A DNA stretch of 64,000 bases from a virus: positions 1 through 64,000 of IMG/VR virus record IMGVR_UViG_3300002835_007523. One strand, 5' to 3'. Numbering within the stretch: position 1 is the stretch's first letter; each line of letters begins with the position of its first letter. Below are positions 1 to 7,208 of the stretch, piece after piece. Position numbers and translations under genes: made by a program. Under the pieces are notes generated by a model that made no database searches, was not told the DNA's origin, and was given only the letters and a program-made list of their open reading frames with translations.

Positions 1-225
1 CTTTGCCTCGATCTTATCAAGATCTTCTGGCTTGGTTTCAGCAATACCGCGATGGACACGAGTGCGGAAAGACTCTAGTGCCTCATCGAGTGAGACACCA
101 GCGTTGAACGCATCGCACCATGCCTGACGAACAGATGGCTTGCTGTATGCCTGATTACCGTTGAAGAAACCGGCGTCAGCAGCAATAGTCAATACGTCAG
201 TATTGGCGAGTGTTGCATTGGTCAT
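1..225 (-). CDS. hypothetical protein, partial (runs off window start); absent from the ORF track
   Basis: Minus-strand ATG at 225 with AAGGAGGTGA Shine-Dalgarno (240-231); open frame MTNATLANTDVLTIAADAGFFNGNQAY...KIEAK to base 1. Confidence 0.85.
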   Translation of the reverse strand, partial: MTNATLANTDVLTIAADAGFFNGNQAYSKPSVRQAWCDAFNAGVSLDEALESFRTRVHRGIAETKPEDLDKIEAK

Positions 226-240
226 ATATATCACCTCCTT

Positions 241-541
241 TCCATTGACCATGAAGGGAACGGCGTTCCCCCGTGCGTAGCGTGGAATCGAACACCATAG
301 AAGAATGGCAGCCAAGGTAGTCTTGGACACACGGACACCCAGCAGCAATGTTTGTTGCGGCGAGGGTATCGTCACCAGACCTACGCTATGAAAGGCAGGG
401 TTGGCAACCCATTAGAGAGCGGTGGTCTAACCGACCGAGTGCTCCTAGGGTAGCGACCGACCAAATCCGAAGTGTTGAAGGATTAGGGCATGGCTCCGCC
501 ACGCTGGTCGCTTGCGGGCTATTTCATCAACCGCTTGCCAC
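241..541 (-). ncRNA. putative ~300-nt structured RNA or 5' leader ending in a tRNA-like T-loop motif
   Basis: Several GC-rich stems whose mismatches are G-U only on the minus strand; GTTCGATTCC motif near the 3' end; GATAAT -10-like box at 551-546. Confidence 0.5.
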
Positions 542-566
542 TTAGATTATCTCCCCGCCGTCATAC

Positions 567-638
567 TGTCCGTTATGTCCGTATCGTCCCTATTGTCCGT
601 TATGCCCCCTATGGGTTATTTGTCCCTTTTGTCTAGAA
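567..638. repeat. eight degenerate 9-bp tandem units, consensus TGTCCGTTA
   Basis: tgtccgtta tgtccgtat cgtccctat tgtccgtta tgcccccta tgggttatt tgtcccttt tgtctagaa in exact 9-bp phase. Confidence 0.8.
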
Positions 639-712
639 TCGCCAGGTTTGACAGACGACTAAGACCTTAGTTGCCTAGGCAGTGGCCTGGGGAATGATTT
701 ATCTAAGATCTT

Positions 713-721
713 TGTTACAAT
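713..721 (+). promoter_or_regulatory. extended -10 promoter element for hsp20
   Basis: TGTTACAAT (TGn + TAnnnT) about 60 nt upstream of the hsp20 start. Confidence 0.55.
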
Positions 722-725
722 TTGT

Positions 726-784
726 TAGCTTGCCGAATTCGCGGGAGCTACAAATAACTTGCTTAACTAAAGGAGTTAATCATG
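726..784 (+). promoter_or_regulatory. ROSE-like RNA thermometer in the hsp20 5' UTR
   Basis: UUGCU (759-763) pairs with the AGGAG SD leaving a bulged G (TAACTTGCTT/AAGGAGTTA); upstream TAGCT/AGCTA hairpin. Confidence 0.6.
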
Positions 785-1219
785 ATGGCATTTATGGGTC
801 AAACCCAAAATTCAATTCCCTTTACAGCCTGGCCATGGATGGTCGGCTTTGATCGTCAATTAGACACTATCGAAAAAATCCACTCTTCTGTAGGTCGAGG
901 CAGTGGCTATCCTCCATACAACATCATCAAGAACGACGAAGATAGCTATGTCGTCGAAATGGCGGTTGCGGGATTCACAAAGGATGAAATCTCTATTGAG
1001 GTCCAAGACTCTGTACTCACAGTCGAGGGTGAGAAGGCGGAAGCGACAGATCGAGATTACCTACACAAAGGGATCGGTACTCGTAGCTTCAGACAGACCT
1101 TTGTCCTAGCTGAGTACGTCGAGATCGCAAAAGCGGCCCTAACTGATGGTGTATTGACAATCTCTCTAATTCGTGAACTACCGGAGGCTAAAAAGCCTAA
1201 GACTATAGAGATCATCTGA
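782..1219 (+). CDS. hsp20: small heat-shock protein (Hsp20/IbpA family)
   Basis: YPPYNII, EMAVAGF, YLHKGIGTRSF, LTDGVLTI and C-terminal IEI motifs. Confidence 0.95.
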   Translation: MMAFMGQTQNSIPFTAWPWMVGFDRQLDTIEKIHSSVGRGSGYPPYNIIKNDEDSYVVEMAVAGFTKDEISIEVQDSVLTVEGEKAEATDRDYLHKGIGTRSFRQTFVLAEYVEIAKAALTDGVLTISLIRELPEAKKPKTIEII

Positions 1220-1310
1220 TATAGTTACCGGTGGCAGTCGCCTTTCACTGCCTTTAAGGATCCTCCTCTGTCTAGCTGCCTACCTCTCTTGCTACAGGGG
1301 AGGATCCCCT
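1217..1310 (+). ncRNA. putative two-hairpin small RNA with pyrimidine-rich, anti-SD-like loops
   Basis: TGATATAGT extended -10 at 1217-1225; hairpin 1233-1252 with loop CGCCTTTC; 14-bp stem 1258-1307 with loop TGCCTACCTCTCTT. Confidence 0.45.
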
Positions 1311-1332
1311 CACAGCTTAGAGAGGAGCTGTT

Positions 1333-1899
1333 ATGACAACACTTATCGCCATACAAGGCAAGGGTTGGTCTGTCATTGGATGTGATTCAAGAGCATCAGA
1401 TGAAAACGGCAGATTAACTGAAATGGCAACACATAAGATCGTAGAGAACAAAGGTGTACTTATTGCAGGCGCTGGTGCATCCCGCGGATCTAATATCCTG
1501 CAATTTGGTTGGACTCCACCTAAGCCACGTAGTAGTCAAGATCTAGATATCTTTATGACTAAAACTTTTATCCCAGCGATGCGTAAAGCATTCATTGAGT
1601 CTGGTTATGATATGAAAGAAGATGGCGATGCCGCAGCTCACGATTCTCATTTTATTATTTCAGTAAGGGGCGTTATCTATCCAATATACGGCGACTACTC
1701 ATGGGATAGAGAAGAACGAGGTATCTACTACGCAGGTAGCGGTGCAGACATTGCATTGGGAGCGTTAGAGGCGATGAACTATAAACGTGTCAAGACACCG
1801 GAGGCCGCCGAAAAAGTCCTCCGAAAGGCGATTGAAATTGCTATACGACACGACGTGTATTCTGGGGGAGAGATCCGCACACACATTCAAAAGTCTTAA
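1333..1899 (+). CDS. proteasome beta-subunit/HslV-like Ntn protease
   Basis: N-terminal MTTLIAI (Thr nucleophile), DSR, HKI, GSG..ALGAL and D.YSGG motifs. Confidence 0.85.
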   Translation: MTTLIAIQGKGWSVIGCDSRASDENGRLTEMATHKIVENKGVLIAGAGASRGSNILQFGWTPPKPRSSQDLDIFMTKTFIPAMRKAFIESGYDMKEDGDAAAHDSHFIISVRGVIYPIYGDYSWDREERGIYYAGSGADIALGALEAMNYKRVKTPEAAEKVLRKAIEIAIRHDVYSGGEIRTHIQKS

Positions 1900-1946
1900 T
1901 TGCGTATATACAAAAAAGGCTCGCGTTTGATGAGAAGATTACTCCA

Positions 1947-2192
1947 ATGAAACACGACAATAACCAATTCAAGGTTAAGCGCAGAGAACCATATACTGTT
2001 TCTGGCGTTTCTGTTCCCGTGCTCCCCTACTACTATCTATGGTACGGCACCGGTTTAATCGCCCCATACGGCGGACCAGGGGGATCCAATCAAACCGCCC
2101 AAAATGATTTTGGAAAGGACACTGATGGTGCACGTCCGGGTTCCGGAAGCGCCGCAGCTGGTGGAGACGCCTCGGCTGCCGCAACAGTGTGA
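1947..2192 (+). CDS. hypothetical protein
   Basis: ORF in operon orientation with a Gly/Ala-rich tail. Confidence 0.55.
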   Translation: MKHDNNQFKVKRREPYTVSGVSVPVLPYYYLWYGTGLIAPYGGPGGSNQTAQNDFGKDTDGARPGSGSAAAGGDASAAATV

Positions 2193-2346
2193 TTCCTGCT
2201 CCGCAAGGGCTATGGTTCACTGTTTACTTCCATTTGGGGAGTTATATTTCTGTTTACATCATTACAATAAGCATGCTACAGCCCTAAAAGGTAAAGGCGC
2301 TGTTTCGACCCTACTGGGGTCTACGCAAGTTGGGAGATCAGAGTAG
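2104..2346 (+). CDS. small Zn-binding protein (CxxC...CxHH); start uncertain
   Basis: CDSCSARAMV...GELYFCLHHYNKH. Confidence 0.6.
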   Translation: MILERTLMVHVRVPEAPQLVETPRLPQQCDSCSARAMVHCLLPFGELYFCLHHYNKHATALKGKGAVSTLLGSTQVGRSE

Positions 2347-3101
2347 TGGATCTGAATAAAGGTCAGCCTGGTATGGGCGGCAATGTTGTGCAGGCAGAGA
2401 ATACTCGCCCACGTTTTGGCAGCAGAGCTCTTACAGTTTTAAATAATCTTATGGGCCAAGCCTCAAGAAAAGAATTCATGGACTATCAACATAGTCTAAA
2501 TCTTGATCGTGATACTCACAGAGAAGCTACAAAAGTTACTGGAGATATTTTCAGAAAACGTGCAGACATGGAACACTGGAAAGAAGGCATTGACCATGTA
2601 CGCACTAATCCTAACGACCCAGATGGTCCAAAAGGTCCTATGCCACAATCTTTCCGTGTCGGTCAAGTAAGCCACGACACCGGTTCTTCTTATGCTAAAG
2701 ACATGCAAGATCTTATAAAGATGAAGCAAGACACTCTTAGACAACAGCAAGAACAAAAAGAGAAGAATAAGCAAACAAAAAATACAAACACCCCTGGTGG
2801 AAAAGGTGGCGGAAAAACAAAGAATAAAGTTTCTGAACCTAAAGAACGTCCAGGTACTTTAAAAGATACTACAGCTGCGTACAAAGCTGGCCACATTGAT
2901 GCTGAACAGGCTGCAGAGATTAGCCCTACCTTTGCAAGAAATTTAGGTAAGAAGGCTGCAGTACAAGAAGTTAAGGGTACTCCTGCAAAACCTAAGCAAC
3001 CAAAGCAGACTAAAAAAACACCCAACAAAGTTGCTAAACCAGAAACTCCTGGGTCAGTAAAGACCCCTAAACCACCTAAACCACCGAAGGTAGGAATGTA
3101 A
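2346..3101 (+). CDS. hypothetical protein with Lys/Pro-rich C-terminus
   Basis: 251-aa ORF coupled to its neighbours. Confidence 0.75.
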   Translation: MDLNKGQPGMGGNVVQAENTRPRFGSRALTVLNNLMGQASRKEFMDYQHSLNLDRDTHREATKVTGDIFRKRADMEHWKEGIDHVRTNPNDPDGPKGPMPQSFRVGQVSHDTGSSYAKDMQDLIKMKQDTLRQQQEQKEKNKQTKNTNTPGGKGGGKTKNKVSEPKERPGTLKDTTAAYKAGHIDAEQAAEISPTFARNLGKKAAVQEVKGTPAKPKQPKQTKKTPNKVAKPETPGSVKTPKPPKPPKVGM

Positions 3102-3104
3102 CCA

Positions 3105-4940
3105 ATGGCAAGCAAAGGTAATCGTGTCCTAAAAGTAAAGACGGACAAAGCTCGTAAGATGGACCGTGAATACGGTCGCTCACTAAAGTACGTTACAAAA
3201 GGTAACCCAGAAGGTACTGCTGGCGTCGAAAAACTCCCTACTAAGGCAGATGTTAATCTTGCACGTAAAGGTAAGAAGATTACTGGTGAGGAAGCAACTG
3301 AGTACACCAGTCAAATCGATGAGTACAACGAAACTCGCGCAAAGAAAAGCTCTGGTGGGGCTATTCGAGGCGTTAGTGATGCCGAAAAGCGTTCTGCTGA
3401 TGTTGCTGTTGAACGCCCACTTAAAGTTAATATCCCTACCCCTACAGACGCAAAAGAAAAGGCTGCAGCAAGATTAACAAAAAGAGCTGAAGGCCTAGGA
3501 ATTGTTCCTGGAATGTCTGCTGGTTCTCGTAAAGTTGTTGAATCAGAGCTTGGCGACGTACAAAAGAGGTCTGCAGCTAAAGGCCGACGTTCACGTCAAC
3601 GTGAAGAAGAAGAAGCAATCGTAAAGGGCATAAAGAGGGATCAAGATCTAAAGCCTGGACAGAAGAGCACTCTTGATGTTATGAAGGGTAGAGCAGAGAA
3701 GTCTGCTCGTAAAAGAAAAATTGATGATGCTCGTACCGTAGATGTTGGGTATGCAGCAAACCAGAAGCAGATAGAGGGTGAATTAAAGGCTCTTCCTAAA
3801 TCTGCTGGCACTCGAAAGAGGCCGGGAGTTACCCCAAGAAGTCTTGGACTTACTGAGTTTGGTGTATCTTCAGGTACTCGCCCAGTTGAAAGAGAAGTAA
3901 GCATTGCGCCAAATGAGGCTGGAATTCGCATTACTCCAACAACTGAACGTAAGTTGGGAAGAAAACTTCGCTATAACATTGTTAAGTCTCAAACAGATAA
4001 GGCAACTCCGGGCTATACAAAAGCAGCCGCTGGAAGCGAAAAGCAAGCTAAAGATACAAATAAGGCTAAAGAAAAGAAATTTAAGAATACTGCAAAGCGT
4101 TCTCTTGCCGTTGCACGTAACGTAGACATGAGACGTGATGAAGAAAAGCAGGCTCTATTAACTGCTGCCGAAGGATTGGGAGATTCTCCAACAGAAAAGA
4201 AAGAGAAGCAACGCCTAACTACAAAGGCAGAGACATTAATCCGTCCTGAAAAAGTAGACATAAAGGGCAAGGGCGGAAGAATCATTGCTAGTGGTGTTCA
4301 ACTTGGTCCAGAGACTACAAGAACAATAGTAGACCCTAATGCACTAGATAAGAAATATACTCGTGTTGTTCCTCTTGGAGCTCCTCGCATGATGGAGAGA
4401 ATTAAGGGTATGGGACCAGTAAGTATTAAATCTGGTGCTAATGCTCCGGTAACCGATGAAAAGCGCATGGCAAAACAAGCGGATCCTAAGGTTCAATACG
4501 CATCAAATAAGGCACCTAAGCTAGAGATTGTTCCACTAAATGCTCCAGATAAGACTACGGGCCTACTTCTTCGTGGAAGCCATGAAGAAGCCCTACATGC
4601 TGTGGCAAAACACGTCTTTGGTGAGAGGAATGCAATGAAGAACATGAAGCATGTTCGTACATTTGCACAGAACCTATCTAGAAACAATAGACATGTTGGG
4701 GGAGAACAAGCACTTGTTTCTGGAATGCTTGGCGTTTTAAACAAGGGAATTAAGCCTAAGACTGATGCAAACGTAAATGAGCACGCAGAAATAGATACTC
4801 ACGCTACAAGAATTAACACTCTTAAGTCATCTATTAAGTCACACGCTAAAGAAGCTAAGGGTAGAGCGTCTCTTAAGGCCGAAGAGCGTGCTGGAAAGGT
4901 CGCTCAGATCAAGGCAGCGGAAAAAGAGCAGAATACTTAA
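3105..4940 (+). CDS. large, highly basic (Lys/Arg-rich) hypothetical protein
   Basis: 611-aa ORF with no recognisable catalytic motif. Confidence 0.8.
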   Translation: MASKGNRVLKVKTDKARKMDREYGRSLKYVTKGNPEGTAGVEKLPTKADVNLARKGKKITGEEATEYTSQIDEYNETRAKKSSGGAIRGVSDAEKRSADVAVERPLKVNIPTPTDAKEKAAARLTKRAEGLGIVPGMSAGSRKVVESELGDVQKRSAAKGRRSRQREEEEAIVKGIKRDQDLKPGQKSTLDVMKGRAEKSARKRKIDDARTVDVGYAANQKQIEGELKALPKSAGTRKRPGVTPRSLGLTEFGVSSGTRPVEREVSIAPNEAGIRITPTTERKLGRKLRYNIVKSQTDKATPGYTKAAAGSEKQAKDTNKAKEKKFKNTAKRSLAVARNVDMRRDEEKQALLTAAEGLGDSPTEKKEKQRLTTKAETLIRPEKVDIKGKGGRIIASGVQLGPETTRTIVDPNALDKKYTRVVPLGAPRMMERIKGMGPVSIKSGANAPVTDEKRMAKQADPKVQYASNKAPKLEIVPLNAPDKTTGLLLRGSHEEALHAVAKHVFGERNAMKNMKHVRTFAQNLSRNNRHVGGEQALVSGMLGVLNKGIKPKTDANVNEHAEIDTHATRINTLKSSIKSHAKEAKGRASLKAEERAGKVAQIKAAEKEQNT

Positions 4941-4949
4941 GGCACTAGT

Positions 4950-5201
4950 GTGGGAAAAAGACGAGATAAAAGCACCACTTCTGCCGCCATACACGATAGG
5001 ACAGCAAAATCTGCACGTCCTTGGAATGATCCGGACGTTGTAGATGCTAATTCCTATCACGGAATGGGTAGAAAAGGCTTTGGAAGCTATAAAAAGGTGC
5101 ATGAATTTGAGAATACAATCGAAGATAAGGGCATTTTGTCCTCAGAAGATCGTCTTACATGCCGTCCTTGCGGTCAATTTAAGAAAAAATGTGGTTGCTA
5201 A
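4950..5201 (+). CDS. hypothetical protein with C-terminal CxxC...CxC
   Basis: CRPCGQFKKKCGC; TAATG overlap with the next gene. Confidence 0.7.
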   Translation: MGKRRDKSTTSAAIHDRTAKSARPWNDPDVVDANSYHGMGRKGFGSYKKVHEFENTIEDKGILSSEDRLTCRPCGQFKKKCGC

Positions 5202-5365
5202 TGACTAAAACATACTGCAAACACGTATATCAAGAGGTTAAAGAGAATCCTTGTGAGTTTTGTGGCAAAGAAACTCACTCTACTAACTGGGAATTTCAAC
5301 ATCAACTGCACCGAGAGTGGATATCAAGCGGAAAAGCTAGCTTACAGGGCTGGTGGAGCATATGA
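5201..5365 (+). CDS. 54-aa hypothetical Zn-binding protein (not in track)
   Basis: MTKTYCKH...CEFCGKETH...WWSI; TAATG and ATGA coupling on both sides. Confidence 0.65.
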   Translation: MTKTYCKHVYQEVKENPCEFCGKETHSTNWEFQHQLHREWISSGKASLQGWWSI

Positions 5366-5463
5366 GTTCAGTACAATTTGTTTGTCCAAAGTGCGGAAAA
5401 GTAAATCGAATACCCTACGGAGAACCATTAAAGTGCAAGGAGTGCGTACATGAGTTCCGGTAA
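5362..5463 (+). CDS. 33-aa zinc-ribbon peptide (not in track)
   Basis: MSSVQFVCPKCGKVNRIPYGEPLKCKECVHEFR; ATGA overlap. Confidence 0.55.
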   Translation: MSSVQFVCPKCGKVNRIPYGEPLKCKECVHEFR

Positions 5464-5584
5464 GTTTAAGTCCCATCATGGGTTCAATAAAACTCAGATA
5501 AAAGATGGATGGATTGTGCGTTTACGTAAAGATGGCCGTATTCAATCAAAATTAGAGCCATATCCTCGTAAAAAGGATAAATAA
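5450..5584 (+). CDS. 44-aa basic hypothetical protein (not in track)
   Basis: MSSGKFKSHHGFNKTQIKDGWIVRLRKDGRI...; AGGAG SD; TAATG overlap with the next gene. Confidence 0.65.
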   Translation: MSSGKFKSHHGFNKTQIKDGWIVRLRKDGRIQSKLEPYPRKKDK

Positions 5585-5823
5585 TGAAAAAACCTGGACT
5601 TCCCAACCACGGCATTTCCCCTCAATTTTTAAACTATGTGCCTTTAAATAAGCGTAATGTTATTCATATCGAGTCTGAAAATAAAAAACAAGACTTTAGT
5701 CATCGCTCTGATTACTGGAAAGACAAAAAGTACAGTCATGTTGCCCCAGATGGAACTGTTCACCCACAACGCTATGCAGATAGGCGTAAAGAACAAGCAG
5801 AATATGAAAGAAAGCACAAGTAA
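5584..5823 (+). CDS. hypothetical protein
   Basis: ORF with TAATG coupling on both sides. Confidence 0.7.
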   Translation: MKKPGLPNHGISPQFLNYVPLNKRNVIHIESENKKQDFSHRSDYWKDKKYSHVAPDGTVHPQRYADRRKEQAEYERKHK

Positions 5824-6122
5824 TGGCTGAGAAAAAAGTTGTTGCTAAAGGTAAAGCCTATAAGGGCTCTAAACAAAATGGCGGACGTAAGATCGTTGTT
5901 GTTCACTACAAAGACTCTTCTGGTAAGTGGAGAACTACCTCTAAGAATGCCGCACGCCATGAGTACGAAAAGCGTAACGGAAAGTTGCCTAAGGGCACTG
6001 ACGTCGACCACGTAGACAACAATAAAGATAACGATTCCTCAGGTAACCTGCGAGCGCTATCTCACAGTAAAAATGTTGGAAAAGAAAACAAACGTCGTGC
6101 TGGAAAGAAGAAAAAGAAATGA
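5823..6122 (+). CDS. HNH-motif protein
   Basis: DVDHVDNNKDND..NLRAL...N. Confidence 0.8.
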   Translation: MAEKKVVAKGKAYKGSKQNGGRKIVVVHYKDSSGKWRTTSKNAARHEYEKRNGKLPKGTDVDHVDNNKDNDSSGNLRALSHSKNVGKENKRRAGKKKKK

Positions 6123-6283
6123 TTCCACAACCACCTCAGATTCCAGATGACTGGAAACCCGGTAGAGACTGGACCTCTGAAATAAAAGAGGCCGGTAGAT
6201 CTATGGCTGCAAGCCGCAAGTCCATAGCTAAAAAGTATCAGGAAAAAAATCTGGAGGCAGAAGAAGATGCCCGCGACTACTAA
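6119..6283 (+). CDS. 54-aa hypothetical protein (not in track)
   Basis: MIPQPPQIPDDWKPGRDW...; ATGA overlap fills the gap between neighbours. Confidence 0.55.
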   Translation: MIPQPPQIPDDWKPGRDWTSEIKEAGRSMAASRKSIAKKYQEKNLEAEEDARDY

Positions 6284-6569
6284 GAAAAAGAAGAAGCACC
6301 ATAAGAGTCCGGCCTGGACACGCTCTGAGGGCAAGAACCCCGAGGGCGGACTAAACGCCAAAGGACGTGCCTCCTACAATCGAGAGACTGGTGGCAATCT
6401 AAAGGCCCCTGTAAAGAAGGCTGAAGCAGCTAAATCTAAGAAGTCAGCTGCTCGTCGCAAGTCCTTCTGTGCCCGTATGGAGGGTATGAAAAAACGCAAT
6501 ACGTCTAGCAAGACTGCTAGAGATCCAAATAGTAGAATTAACAAATCCCTTCGCGCATGGGATTGTTAA
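6267..6569 (+). CDS. conserved basic phage protein (DUF6321-like)
   Basis: AWTRSEGKNPEGGLNAKGRASY...RRKSFCARM...SRINKSLRAWDC. Confidence 0.8.
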   Translation: MPATTKKKKKHHKSPAWTRSEGKNPEGGLNAKGRASYNRETGGNLKAPVKKAEAAKSKKSAARRKSFCARMEGMKKRNTSSKTARDPNSRINKSLRAWDC

Positions 6570-6596
6570 AACCTCTCTAGAGAATAGGAAATTTTA

Positions 6597-7136
6597 ATGG
6601 CACGAGATAGCGGTTATCCACAAGTTACCGCCGGAAATATCGCCGTTGACTTCGTATGGGGAAACTTCCCTATGCAGCCAGACGATGATCGTACCGGAAA
6701 CGGAAGCGCTACTGTTGTAGTAGCAGCAAATGCTGCTCAAAACAACGACTGGAGCGGATACTCTGTATTTCAGAGCCCAGCTCTAACAAAAACAGATATC
6801 ACTGTAAACCTTAGTCCAGGATTAACCTCTGTTGTAGGAAACAACCACAGCGTTGCTCTAAACAACTGGAATGGTTATCCAGACTACACACCAGAAGCAC
6901 CTTATACAGACACAATTGATCAAGCAGCGGTTCCAAATGTTGTTGGATTAAGCGAGTCTGCAGCTAATACTGCACTTGTTGCAGCTGGCTTTGTTAAGGG
7001 CGCAGTTACAACAACTGCAGATGGTGCAACAGCACTAAACGACGGTCTTGTAAAGACACAGACTCCTGCAGCAGCATCAGTTAAGAATCTTGGTGATGCA
7101 GTAGCACTTGTCAAGTACGCTTACGTAGCTCCGTAA
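6597..7136 (+). CDS. protein with C-terminal PASTA-like domain, possibly a virion component
   Basis: VPNVVGLSESAANTALVAAGF...GLVKTQTPAA...GDAVAL; followed by a terminator. Confidence 0.75.
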   Translation: MARDSGYPQVTAGNIAVDFVWGNFPMQPDDDRTGNGSATVVVAANAAQNNDWSGYSVFQSPALTKTDITVNLSPGLTSVVGNNHSVALNNWNGYPDYTPEAPYTDTIDQAAVPNVVGLSESAANTALVAAGFVKGAVTTTADGATALNDGLVKTQTPAAASVKNLGDAVALVKYAYVAP

Positions 7137-7149
7137 TAGTTGTAAATAC

Positions 7150-7181
7150 AAAAAGAGCCGATCATATGATCGGCTTTTTTT
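7150..7181 (+). terminator. intrinsic terminator
   Basis: AGCCGATC-ATAT-GATCGGCT followed by a T-run. Confidence 0.85.
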
Positions 7182-7208
7182 GTTTTATTATGTTAATGTT
7201 TGCACTAG

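Noticed and set aside
270-390. Canonical tRNA gene on the minus strand
   Set aside because: A GTTCGATTCC motif is present, but the T-stem is irregular and there is no proper D-arm, anticodon arm or CCA
515-535. Hammerhead ribozyme core (TGATGAAA on the minus strand)
   Set aside because: Lacks the CUGAUGA core and a correctly placed GAAA and cleavage triplet
348-545. 65-aa + strand ORF from the track
   Set aside because: No SD or recognisable motif; it lies antisense to the structured minus-strand element
567-638. CRISPR array
   Set aside because: Units are 9 bp with no spacers, and no cas genes are present
5253-5453. 66-aa ORF from the track
   Set aside because: The region is better explained by coupled ORFs 5201-5365 and 5362-5463 in other frames
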